DNA from: a virus
Lineage: Duplodnaviria > Heunggongvirae > Uroviricota > Caudoviricetes
DNA: 32,946 bases
Strand: one strand, 5' to 3'
Virus record (IMG/VR): IMGVR_UViG_2713897042_000007
In this document: in pieces, positions 1 to 8,535 of the stretch
Position numbering within the stretch: position 1 is the first letter of the stretch
How the letters are laid out: every line of letters starts with the position of its first letter
Translations under genes and position numbers: made by a program
The notes under the pieces: model-generated
Databases searched by the model: none
What the model was told of the DNA's origin: nothing
The model's input: only the letters and a program-made list of their open reading frames with translations

Positions 1-996
1 TTATGGACGCATTATGGACATTCCTGACACCGGGTTAAGAGTCACTGCATCTTGTAAGAAATCCGGTGCAAAGTGTGCGTAGGTCATAGTTTGCTGAATG
101 TTAGAATGACCCAGGATGCGCTGCAATGTGATTATGTTACCTCCATTCATTATAAAATGTGTGGCAAATGTATGCCTCAAAACATGCACTGCCTGTCCGT
201 CAGGTAAATCGGGTTTTACTTCCCTGAGAGCGTTGCGCACTTTGTAGTAACTGGCATTAAAAAGCCTGCCTGAATTTTTGGTCTTGATCCGTTTAATCAG
301 GTCCTGCGAAACGGGAATTGTCCTGCGCTTTCCGTTTTTAGTTTTCATAAACGTAACCATCTGGTTAATGATGTGTTCAGCTTTTAAATTAGACACTTCA
401 CTCCAACGTCCACCAGTAGAAAGGCAGACCAGCGTTGCATTTAATTCATCGCCATCAAGCATGGATAACAGCCGCGTAATCTCTTCACTGGACAAAAAAG
501 CCATTTCCGTAACAGCTTCACGTAACCGCTTAACCTCACGGAACGGGTTGTGAGAGTGGTATTCACCGGCGTCAATTAACTTGGTGAACATCCCGCTCAT
601 TATTGCCAGATGCCGATTTACGCTGGCTGGTTTTAGACCATCGTTCATCATTACAACGCGATAATCAGTTATCGTTTTCTTTGTTAGCTGGTCTGCTCTG
701 GACACTCCCATTTCTGCAAATTTGGCGATTATTGTCGTTAAACGCCCTCGTTCAATATCTCCACGCTCATGTGATTTTCCGTGATATATCCACCATCTGC
801 CTAACAACTCTGTAAGAGTTCGGCGGTCGGCTGGCTTCTCTAACCACTCTTTGTTGTGATAATTAACCAGCACATGACGTTCGAATGCCTGAGCTTCACC
901 TTTAGTTTTAAATTTCCGCCTGATACGTTTTCCATCTGCACCCTGCGGTCTGACGTCCACTTCATAACGACCATCATCGAGCTTTTTAATAGACAT
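1..996 (-). CDS. int: P2-type tyrosine integrase
   Basis: 331-aa ORF ending at the window edge (stop at 1-3). C-terminal tyrosine-recombinase signature (HVLRHTFATH...GHSNIQQTMTYAH). GGAGG RBS upstream of the ATG at 994-996. Sits beside the C repressor as in P2. Confidence 0.93.
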   Translation of the reverse strand: MSIKKLDDGRYEVDVRPQGADGKRIRRKFKTKGEAQAFERHVLVNYHNKEWLEKPADRRTLTELLGRWWIYHGKSHERGDIERGRLTTIIAKFAEMGVSRADQLTKKTITDYRVVMMNDGLKPASVNRHLAIMSGMFTKLIDAGEYHSHNPFREVKRLREAVTEMAFLSSEEITRLLSMLDGDELNATLVCLSTGGRWSEVSNLKAEHIINQMVTFMKTKNGKRRTIPVSQDLIKRIKTKNSGRLFNASYYKVRNALREVKPDLPDGQAVHVLRHTFATHFIMNGGNIITLQRILGHSNIQQTMTYAHFAPDFLQDAVTLNPVSGMSIMRP

Positions 997-1089
997 AAAG
1001 CCCTCCGATGACGCTGTTTACTTCTACTACTTGAAAATTAATGCAATTTTCTTTCGTACATTTACTGCACACATATGCTGAATAAATCG

Positions 1090-1389
1090 TCAGCCAGTTT
1101 TTTGGTCTGAGTGGTGCAAGATTGTTGAGTCTTGCCCAATGTGTGCGAGAGCCGGGGCTATTTGTCCAGCTGCTGGATCAGTTTCATCAAACATGAACCA
1201 GTCACGGTATTTTCTGAACCTTTCTACTTTAAAAAACTTCTTAGCATTTTCTAGGGACATCATAGCCTTACCTGATTCATAACCTGCATATGTGGTGTAG
1301 TTGATGCCAGCTAGTTCAGCTACCTCCTTCATTTTCAGACGTTCAGACTCACGGATAAGCTTCAAACGTTCGCTAGTGTCAGTTGACAT
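1090..1389 (-). CDS. C: Immunity repressor, P2 C-like
   Basis: Six-frame ORF is 116 aa, but the internal Met at 1389 gives 99 aa, the P2 C length. C-terminus GQIAPALAH...SDQKTG resembles P2 C as I recall it. Divergent from cox. Confidence 0.85.
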   Translation of the reverse strand: MSTDTSERLKLIRESERLKMKEVAELAGINYTTYAGYESGKAMMSLENAKKFFKVERFRKYRDWFMFDETDPAAGQIAPALAHIGQDSTILHHSDQKTG

Positions 1390-1492
1390 AAATTCTCTAA
1401 CCTCGTATTCTTTTGCATAGTTGATATGATTTATCAGCATCTAACGACTCTAAATCGCTCTAGATCGCTGACATCAATGTGAGGATAACAAA
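1390..1492. promoter_or_regulatory. Lysis-lysogeny switch region (face-to-face Pe/Pc promoters and operator expected)
   Basis: 103-bp gap between divergent C and cox. Direct repeat aATCGCTc (1453-1460) and gATCGCTg (1463-1470), one helical turn apart. Short inverted repeat TGATAtgatTTATCA at about 1422-1437. Promoter elements were not resolved. Confidence 0.4.
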
Positions 1493-1849
1493 ATGAATGT
1501 CGGATCTGAAATTTGTGACGAGAAAAGACAAGAAGTTTCTGCTCTTAAAAAAAACAAGCGTGATTCCATTAAGTTGGCTGCGGATCCGTCAGATTTACTG
1601 TCGAAAGAGGGTTTTGCTCTTTACATTGGTAAGACTCCTCGTGCGGTGGCTGAAATGGCACGAGCTGGAAAGCTGCCAGCATTCTATATGACAGACCCGT
1701 TAAAGCCGGGCGGTCATGCTGAGTTATGGATTAATCGTCGTGAGTGGGACAAATATGCAGCTCAACTAGTCGATGAAGCTCCGACAGAATGGCATGACTG
1801 GAAGAATCGCATAAGTTACAGCAAATCCAGACATGGCCACGCGGCCTAA
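1493..1849 (+). CDS. cox: Cox-like excisionase / early-promoter regulator
   Basis: First gene of the rightward early operon. Central region YIGKTPRAVAEMARAGKLPAFYMTDP resembles the P2 Cox HTH region. At 118 aa it is longer than P2 Cox (91 aa), so the start is uncertain. Confidence 0.7.
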   Translation: MNVGSEICDEKRQEVSALKKNKRDSIKLAADPSDLLSKEGFALYIGKTPRAVAEMARAGKLPAFYMTDPLKPGGHAELWINRREWDKYAAQLVDEAPTEWHDWKNRISYSKSRHGHAA

Positions 1850-1859
1850 GGAGGTAATT

Positions 1860-2048
1860 ATGGGAAAACAACAGAGTGTTATTGCAGCAGATAACGAGGC
1901 ATTAACGCCACAAGAAATGCTGGATTTGTCGGTGAGGGCTGGTGACTTTCTGAAACAAGAAGCCGGACGTTTAGGTAAGCAATTGTCCGGCAGAGAAATT
2001 AGCTGTATCGCGGGAATTTTAGATTTTCTTTACCAGCACGAGAAATAA
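1860..2048 (+). CDS. Hypothetical early protein (position of P2 orf78)
   Basis: 62-aa ORF with a GGAGG RBS 6 nt upstream of the ATG at 1860. The longer 1833 start overlaps cox. Confidence 0.5.
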   Translation: MGKQQSVIAADNEALTPQEMLDLSVRAGDFLKQEAGRLGKQLSGREISCIAGILDFLYQHEK

Positions 2049-2225
2049 TTATTTTTTCCCAAGTTTTTCTTCGAGCTTTCGTTCAAGAACTGGGTAAACA
2101 GCATCAAACAACCGCTCGATGCGTACCTCTACAGGGAGAGGCATTCTTGATTGTTCAGTAAGTGCTCCACCGATGACTGAACAGGTCTGCTCAAAAAGAA
2201 ACTTGGTTTTTTCTAAATCATTCAT
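2049..2225 (-). CDS. Hypothetical small protein, antisense to the early operon
   Basis: 58-aa ORF from an internal Met (MNDLEKTKF...), with AAGGA about 8 nt upstream on the minus strand. Fills a 294-bp stretch with no plus-strand ORF. Confidence 0.3.
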   Translation of the reverse strand: MNDLEKTKFLFEQTCSVIGGALTEQSRMPLPVEVRIERLFDAVYPVLERKLEEKLGKK

Positions 2226-2342
2226 GTCGTTATTCCTTGTGTTACGAACTACTTGCTTACATTTGGAGTGAAAGCAATTGGATAGTACCACAAGACCATG
2301 CGCCGGACATGGCTAAAAACCGGCTCTGTTTCAGGAGGAGTT

Positions 2343-2513
2343 ATGCAGGAACCTCGTTGTATTGCTCAGTTATTGCGTAACGAAAGCCCCAGGGCGATTG
2401 ACTTCACCATCACCCACGGGAAGGGACGCAAAGGAATCATTATCCGCACCAAAAAACAGAGTCCGTTAAAGAAGGCTCTGACCTTTCTGAAAAGCCGGAG
2501 GGTCTGGAAATGA
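2343..2513 (+). CDS. Hypothetical early protein
   Basis: 56-aa ORF from the ATG at 2343, preceded by cAGGAGGag. Stop overlaps the B start (ATGA). Confidence 0.5.
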   Translation: MQEPRCIAQLLRNESPRAIDFTITHGKGRKGIIIRTKKQSPLKKALTFLKSRRVWK

Positions 2514-3010
2514 CAGTGATGACGCTCAATCTCGTTGAAAAACAGCCAGCAGCTATGCGCCGGATAATTGGTAAGCATCTTGCCGTCCCTCGCTGGCAGG
2601 ATACATGTGATTATTATAATCAGATGATGGAGCGCGAACGGTTAACGGTTTGCTTTCATGCGCAGTTAAAACAGCGTCACGCAACGATGCGTTTTGAAGA
2701 AATGAACGACGTCGAACGTGAACGGCTGGTTTGTGCAATTGATGAATTGCGTGGGGCATTCTCAAAACGCCGTCAGGTCGGTGCAAGTGATTATGCATAT
2801 ATTAGCTTTTTAACTGTCAGTCAGCGCCGTACTTTATTTATGCACGCACGACTGACAGAAAAAGAATTTAACCAACCATACTGGCGAATTAATGAAGAGT
2901 CATGTTACTGGCGTGATGCTTTATTCCGTGCATTACGTGAATTATTTAGTCTGTTTGAATATGCACCGACAATTCTGACGTCGGTAAAACCAGAGCAATA
3001 TCTGCATTAA
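2510..3010 (+). CDS. B: Replication protein B (helicase-loader-like)
   Basis: 166 aa, the P2 B length, in the position between cox and the small early ORFs. Confidence 0.85.
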   Translation: MTVMTLNLVEKQPAAMRRIIGKHLAVPRWQDTCDYYNQMMERERLTVCFHAQLKQRHATMRFEEMNDVERERLVCAIDELRGAFSKRRQVGASDYAYISFLTVSQRRTLFMHARLTEKEFNQPYWRINEESCYWRDALFRALRELFSLFEYAPTILTSVKPEQYLH

Positions 3011-3073
3011 GTAATTAACCAAAGTTTTTAACGCACTTAATTGTGCGGGGCTTCTTTTTGCCTGGAGAAAGTC

Positions 3074-3286
3074 ATGCATACAGTTTCTGAAAATCAGTGC
3101 GGTAAATACGCATTACTGCTGCAACAGGCCAGAACCGAAGCACAGGCCGACGCAGCGACGCGCTTTTCTTCTCATCTTGACGCCATGATTCGCCATATCA
3201 CAAAGGCGGAGTTATCCCGCGTGGAGATAGTCGAGTTGCTCAGTCAGGAGTCTGCCAAATTCCATAATCTAGGACTCAATAAATAA
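3074..3286 (+). CDS. Hypothetical early protein (P2 orf80 position)
   Basis: 70-aa ORF from the internal ATG at 3074 with a GGAGA RBS. Syntenic with P2 early small ORFs. Confidence 0.55.
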   Translation: MHTVSENQCGKYALLLQQARTEAQADAATRFSSHLDAMIRHITKAELSRVEIVELLSQESAKFHNLGLNK

Positions 3287-3300
3287 CAGGGAAGTTGGAG

Positions 3301-3546
3301 ATGACAAATACAAAATGGTTCAGGAAACGCTTAACAGATTATCAACTTTCATTACTTAAAAAATTAGATGACAAGACTCCACTACATCCTTCAAGCGATG
3401 TCTTCCGCTCCTGTCCTAGTCGTGTGGAAAAAGCATTTATAGCAATGGGGAAATGGGGGCTTGTGACCAAATCAAGAGAAGGTTTCTGTATTACCGATAA
3501 TGGCCGGGAAATGATTGATTCTGCGGAGAGGGCATATAGCGAATGA
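3301..3546 (+). CDS. Hypothetical early protein (P2 orf81 position)
   Basis: ATG at 3301 preceded by AGGGAAG. The six-frame track starts at a TTG two codons earlier. Confidence 0.55.
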   Translation: MTNTKWFRKRLTDYQLSLLKKLDDKTPLHPSSDVFRSCPSRVEKAFIAMGKWGLVTKSREGFCITDNGREMIDSAERAYSE

Positions 3547-3833
3547 AAAATATATTGCTTAATAACTGGCTGAAGATTTCAGTCATGAAAAATGGTGATT
3601 TGTCGCTAGCTGATATTAAACGCGATAAAAACACTGGGGATATGGTGGAATCAACTATAGCCATTTATGCGGATAAATTAAATCTCTTGTCTGATGTGGT
3701 CAATTTACTTGTTAAACGCGCTGTATTTCATAAGCAAATTTCATCCGTGGATGAACTAACAAAATTAACGACAGAAATCGCCAGCTATTGCGCTGATGAA
3801 TTTAAGAAACTGAACGACAAAAGGAACTGGTAA
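3543..3833 (+). CDS. Hypothetical early protein (P2 orf82 position)
   Basis: 96-aa ORF translationally coupled to its neighbours (ATGA overlaps at both ends). Confidence 0.55.
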   Translation: MKNILLNNWLKISVMKNGDLSLADIKRDKNTGDMVESTIAIYADKLNLLSDVVNLLVKRAVFHKQISSVDELTKLTTEIASYCADEFKKLNDKRNW

Positions 3834-4057
3834 TGCCGGACAACGTAGATTTTATTCAGGAACAACAGGCTGAATTACTGGAGCGTCAGATTAACGCGGC
3901 AAGGGTAAAACATTGCGGTGCTTCTGCGCTGGTTTGCGAAGAGTGTGACGCGCCAATACCTGCTGCCCGTCGTGCGGCTTATCCGTCAGCCACGCGTTGT
4001 GTTTCCTGTCAGTCAGTCTTTGAAGCAAAAAACAAACATTACCGGAGAACGGCATGA
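3833..4057 (+). CDS. TraR/DksA-family C4 zinc-finger protein (P2 orf83 position)
   Basis: 74 aa with a C-x2-C ... C-x2-C arrangement (CEECDAPIP...CVSCQ), typical of the TraR/DksA zinc finger. Confidence 0.7.
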   Translation: MPDNVDFIQEQQAELLERQINAARVKHCGASALVCEECDAPIPAARRAAYPSATRCVSCQSVFEAKNKHYRRTA

Positions 4058-4329
4058 GTATTCGTATTGAAATTGGCGAACGTTATGTCGTTACCAGTGA
4101 CAGCTTTCAGTTTATTCTCCACGAGAAAAAGAGAGCGGAAAGCGGTAAAAACGCCGGTCAGGAATGGCTGGCAGTGGTTGGTTATTACCCGAAATTAAGC
4201 CAGCTCGTTTCCGGCCTGATGCATCACGATATTCTGACCGGAAGCGCAAAGTCTTTTGCTGATTTAAACGCGCAGGTTGAGCAACTCAGCAGGCGTTGTT
4301 CAGAGGCTTTTGGCTCATATGGCCGTTAA
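4054..4329 (+). CDS. Hypothetical protein upstream of A
   Basis: 91-aa ORF, coupled start (ATGA). Its 3' end overlaps the A start. Confidence 0.5.
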   Translation: MSIRIEIGERYVVTSDSFQFILHEKKRAESGKNAGQEWLAVVGYYPKLSQLVSGLMHHDILTGSAKSFADLNAQVEQLSRRCSEAFGSYGR

Positions 4330-6604
4330 AGCCTCCGGGCGTTTTGTCCCTCCGTCAGCATTTGCCGCAGGCACCGGTGAGACGTTTACCGGTGCTTATG
4401 CATGGAACGCGCCACGCGAGGCCGTCGGGCGCGAAAGACCCCTTACACGTGACGAGATGCGTCAGGTGCAAGGTGCTTTATCCACGATTAACCGCCTGCC
4501 TTACTTTTTGCGCTCGCTGTTTACTTCACGCTATGACTACATCCGGCGCAATAAAAGCCCGGTGCACGGGTTTTATTTCCTCACATCCACTTTTCAGCGT
4601 CGTTTATGGCCGCGCATTGAGCGTGTGAATCAGCGCCATGAAATGAACACCGACGCGTCGTTGCTGTTTCTGGCAGAGCGTGACCATTATGCGCGTCTGC
4701 CGGGGATGAATGATAAGGAGCTGAAAAAGTTTGCCGCCCGTATCTCATCGCAGCTTTTCATGATGTATGAGGAACTCTGCGATGCCTGGGTGGATGCGCA
4801 TGGCGAAAAAGAATCGCTGTTTACGGATGAGGCGCAGGCTCACCTCTATGGTCATGTTGCTGGTGCTGCACGTGCTTTCAATATTTCCCCGCTCTACTGG
4901 AAAAAATACCGTAAAGGACAGATGACCACGAGGCAGGCATATTCTGCCATTGCCCGCCTGTTTAACGATGAGTGGTGGATTAGTCAGCTTAAAGGCCAGC
5001 GTATGCGCTGGCATGAGGCGTTACTGATTGCTGTCGGGGAGGTCAATAAAGACCGTTCACCTTATGCCAGTAAACATGCCATTCGTGATGTGCGTGCACG
5101 CCGCCAGGCAAATCTGGAATTTCTTAAATCGTGTGACCTTGAAAACAGGGAAACCGGCGAACGCATCGACCTTATCAGTAAGGTGATGGGCAGTATTTCT
5201 AATCCTGAAATTCGCCGGATGGAGCTGATGAACACCATTGCCGGTATTGAGCGTTACGCCGCCGCAGAGGGTGATGTGGGGATGTTTATCACGCTTACCG
5301 CGCCGTCAAAGTATCACCCGACACGTCAGGTCGGAAAAGGCGAAAGTAAAACCGTCCAGCTAAATCACGGCTGGAACGATGAGGCATTTAATCCAAAGGA
5401 TGCGCAGCGTTATCTCTGCCATATCTGGAGCCTGATGCGCACGGCATTCAAGGATAATGATTTACAGGTCTACGGTTTGCGTGTCGTCGAGCCACACCAC
5501 GACGGAACGCCGCACTGGCATATGATGCTTTTTTGTAATCCACGCCAGCGTAACCAGATTATCGAAATCATGCGTCGCTATGCGCTCAAAGAGGATGGCG
5601 ACGAAAGAGGAGCCGCGCGAAACCGTTTTCAGGCAAAACATCTTAACCGGGGCGGTGCTGCGGGGTATATCGCAAAATACATCTCAAAAAACATCGATGG
5701 CTATGCACTGGATGGTCAGCTCGATAATGATACCGGCAGGCCGCTGAAAGATACTGCTGCGGCTGTTACCGCATGGGCGTCAACGTGGCGCATACCACAA
5801 TTTAAAACGGTTGGCCTGCCGACAATGGGGGCTTACCGTGAACTACGCAAACTGCCTCGCGGCGTCAGCATTGCTGATGAGTTTGACGAACGCGTCGAGG
5901 CTGCACGCGCCGCCGCAGACAGTGGTGATTTTGCGTTGTATATCAGCGCGCAGGGCGGGGCAAATGTCCCGCGCGATTGTCAGACTGTCAGGGTCGCCCG
6001 TAGCCCGTCGGATGACGTTAACGAGTACGAGGAAGAAGTCGAGAGAGTGGTCGGCATTTACGCGCCGCATCTCGGCGCGCGTCATATTCATATCACCAGA
6101 ACGACGGACTGGCGCATTGTTCCGAAAGTGCCGGTCGTTGAGCCTTTGACTTTAAAAAGCGGCATCGCCGCGCCTCGGAGTCCTGTCAATAACTGTGGAA
6201 AGCTCACCGGTGGTGATACTTCGTTACCGGCTCCCACACCTTCTGAACACGCCGCAGCAGTGCTTAATCTGGTTGATGACGGTGTTATCGAATGGAATGA
6301 CCCGGAGGTCGTGAGGGCGCTCAGGGGCGCATTAAAATACGGGCTGAGAACACCAAATCGTCAGCAGAGAAACGGAAGCCCGTTAAAACCACATGAAATT
6401 GCACCATCGGCCAGACTGACCCGGTCGGAAAGAATGCAAATTACCCGTATCCGCGTTGACCTTGCTCAGAACGGTATCAGGCCGCAGCGATGGGAGCTTG
6501 AGGCGCTGGCGCGTGGCGCGACCGTAAATTATGACGGGAAAAAATTCACGTATCCGGTCGCTGATGAGTGGCCGGGATTCTCAACAGTAATGGCGCGGAT
6601 ATAA
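4319..6604 (+). CDS. A: Rolling-circle replication initiator A (HUH endonuclease)
   Basis: Start at the in-frame ATG 4319 gives 761 aa, the P2 A length (track ORF from 4277 is 775 aa). HUH motif TPHWHMMLF and paired tyrosines GYIAKYISK. Confidence 0.92.
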   Translation: MAVKASGRFVPPSAFAAGTGETFTGAYAWNAPREAVGRERPLTRDEMRQVQGALSTINRLPYFLRSLFTSRYDYIRRNKSPVHGFYFLTSTFQRRLWPRIERVNQRHEMNTDASLLFLAERDHYARLPGMNDKELKKFAARISSQLFMMYEELCDAWVDAHGEKESLFTDEAQAHLYGHVAGAARAFNISPLYWKKYRKGQMTTRQAYSAIARLFNDEWWISQLKGQRMRWHEALLIAVGEVNKDRSPYASKHAIRDVRARRQANLEFLKSCDLENRETGERIDLISKVMGSISNPEIRRMELMNTIAGIERYAAAEGDVGMFITLTAPSKYHPTRQVGKGESKTVQLNHGWNDEAFNPKDAQRYLCHIWSLMRTAFKDNDLQVYGLRVVEPHHDGTPHWHMMLFCNPRQRNQIIEIMRRYALKEDGDERGAARNRFQAKHLNRGGAAGYIAKYISKNIDGYALDGQLDNDTGRPLKDTAAAVTAWASTWRIPQFKTVGLPTMGAYRELRKLPRGVSIADEFDERVEAARAAADSGDFALYISAQGGANVPRDCQTVRVARSPSDDVNEYEEEVERVVGIYAPHLGARHIHITRTTDWRIVPKVPVVEPLTLKSGIAAPRSPVNNCGKLTGGDTSLPAPTPSEHAAAVLNLVDDGVIEWNDPEVVRALRGALKYGLRTPNRQQRNGSPLKPHEIAPSARLTRSERMQITRIRVDLAQNGIRPQRWELEALARGATVNYDGKKFTYPVADEWPGFSTVMARI

Positions 6605-6816
6605 TGACAAAGATTCACAAAGTAAAGCTGCACGCAAGATATTTCAACCTTGTGCTGGAGGGAAAAGAAACGCACAGAATTTAGGGGGATAGCCGTTATC
6701 ATGTGTATGAAGCACTTGAAATGTATCTGCATCACTTGGGAGTGTGTCAACGGGGAATTTCCATCTATGTGATTTTTTGAGAGCAATGCAGTGAAGATAA
6801 AGATACTTATTATAAA

Positions 6817-6936
6817 TCAATGTGATAGATGGTGCCTCGCAAACGTAAATGATAGTTTTGAAGCTTCAGGGCTGATGTCGTTCATAAGACTGTGTTTACG
6901 CTATCATTTATGATAAAAATAATTAATTTTTATCAT
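6817..6936. promoter_or_regulatory. Putative promoter/operator of the cargo operon
   Basis: AT-rich region upstream of the 6961 start. Palindrome ATGATAAAAA-N7-TTTTTATCAT at 6910-6936. Related TGATAG/ATGATA copies at 6822-6830, 6846-6854 and, inverted, 6901-6909. Confidence 0.4.
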
Positions 6937-6960
6937 AAAGATTCAACAGAGGATATGTTG

Positions 6961-8466
6961 ATGAATCAACTAAAATCAATGAATATCAATAAGTTACTTT
7001 TGGATGTTGATAACCCTCGTTTCCCGACGTCAGCAGAAAATCAGCGTGATGCTATTGCCAAGATGCTTGACTTGCAGTACGACCGCATTTATCGCTTGGC
7101 TAAAGATATTGCTTCGAAAGGTTTAGATCCGTCTGAAAACATATTAGTTTATCCTAGTGAAGAGGAATCTGGCTTTTTCGTCGTTGCTGAAGGTAATCGT
7201 CGAGTTACAGCCCTTAAACTTTTACACTCTCCTAGACTTGCACCAACAGAAAAAGCACGGAAAGCTTTTGAAAAACTTAAGATTACTCAGCTTAAAGATA
7301 TTAATGTTATAGATAACTGCGTTCTTTTTGACGATGATGAATATGAGCATTGGGTCAATTTAAAGCATACTGGTCAAAATGCTGGAGTTGGAAGAGTTGA
7401 ATGGACTGCAACAGAAAAAGCACGACATCTGGCTAGGATGGGTAAGCAGTCATTTGGTAATCAAATACTTACATTTATAGAGTTCAATACTGATTTATAT
7501 AAAGAGATAATTGCTAAAAAAAGACTTTTAAAAATCACAAACATCACGCGTCTTTTTGGTGATTTAAAGGTGAGGGATTATTTTAATTTAAAAAGCATTA
7601 ATGGAGTTCTATACTCATATCAGCCTTATGAACGTTTTTGTGCACAATTAAAAAATATTTTAGATGTAATGATTGAAGAGGATGATAAAGGTAAGGCTTG
7701 TTTTACTGTTAATAGGATTCGTAGCCAAGATGACAGGGTTACATTTATTATTGAACAAAAAATAAAACCTTCAGAATCTCTTTTAGATAAGCCGTGGAGT
7801 TTACTAGAGCCTAAATCTTTTCTTACAGAGAAAAAACATGATTCTATTGACAAAAATGATGCATCTGTGAGTGTAAAGAAAGTAGGTCTTTCAGAAGGTG
7901 ATGCCTTAAAGAATACAGGTGTGGATAAACAGGAAGATGATTATTCTAGACATGTAGGCACAGAAGAGAGTAAATCTAAAGTTTCGGGTACGGAACAGAA
8001 TAAAAACAAGGGAAAAACTCCTCCTAAAGTAGATCGTAATGTGTTGGTGCCATCTTATGTGAAATTTAATTTTAGAGGGCATAAGAAATGCTCTAGAATA
8101 TTTAATGAGCTTAAGTCGCATCTGACATTTGATAACACCCCTAATGCTATCTCAATATTGTTGAGAATATTTATAGATCTCTCTGTAAGCACTTTTGTTG
8201 AAGAAAACAAGTTACAATTTAAGGAACCACATAGAACTCCAGGGCTTCATGATAAGGTTAAAATGTGTGCTAATTTCCTTCGGGAAAATAAAAAGATGAC
8301 GGGGAGTCAATGTACGGCTGTAATAACTTTCTCGAGCCAAATAACTAAACATGATGGTTCATTGCAGCAGTATGTACATAACCCACACTTAATTCCCTCA
8401 AAAGAGGCTGTCAACACTGAGTGGGATAACTTTGAGTTGTTATTAAGCCTTATTTGGAGTGAGTGA
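6961..8466 (+). CDS. ParB/Srx-like N-terminal domain protein with uncharacterised C-terminal region (cargo)
   Basis: About 501 aa from the ATG at 6961 (GAGGA 7 nt upstream; in-frame alternatives at 6955 and 6892). N-terminus has ParB-type motifs (DVDNPRF; VVAEGNRRVTALKLL, the GxRR box). Central K/E/S-rich low-complexity linker. Visibly AT-rich against flanking phage genes. Confidence 0.7.
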   Translation: MNQLKSMNINKLLLDVDNPRFPTSAENQRDAIAKMLDLQYDRIYRLAKDIASKGLDPSENILVYPSEEESGFFVVAEGNRRVTALKLLHSPRLAPTEKARKAFEKLKITQLKDINVIDNCVLFDDDEYEHWVNLKHTGQNAGVGRVEWTATEKARHLARMGKQSFGNQILTFIEFNTDLYKEIIAKKRLLKITNITRLFGDLKVRDYFNLKSINGVLYSYQPYERFCAQLKNILDVMIEEDDKGKACFTVNRIRSQDDRVTFIIEQKIKPSESLLDKPWSLLEPKSFLTEKKHDSIDKNDASVSVKKVGLSEGDALKNTGVDKQEDDYSRHVGTEESKSKVSGTEQNKNKGKTPPKVDRNVLVPSYVKFNFRGHKKCSRIFNELKSHLTFDNTPNAISILLRIFIDLSVSTFVEENKLQFKEPHRTPGLHDKVKMCANFLRENKKMTGSQCTAVITFSSQITKHDGSLQQYVHNPHLIPSKEAVNTEWDNFELLLSLIWSE

Positions 8467-8535
8467 GATTTGTCTACATCTGGACATGGATGTCCAGAAA
8501 CTGATAAACTACAAAATCAGGAATGAGAGGGATTT

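Noticed and set aside
4277-4318. Upstream extension of the A ORF (775-aa version) and the overlapping +2 frame ORF 4296-4628.
   Set aside because: The internal ATG at 4319 gives exactly the expected 761-aa A protein and avoids overlap with the preceding gene. The 4296-4628 frame lies inside A and encodes a Cys/Arg-rich artefact.
6529-6786. 85-aa minus-strand ORF spanning the A 3' end and the intergenic region.
   Set aside because: Overlaps the A stop region and the AT-rich promoter area, has no RBS, and the composition looks non-coding.
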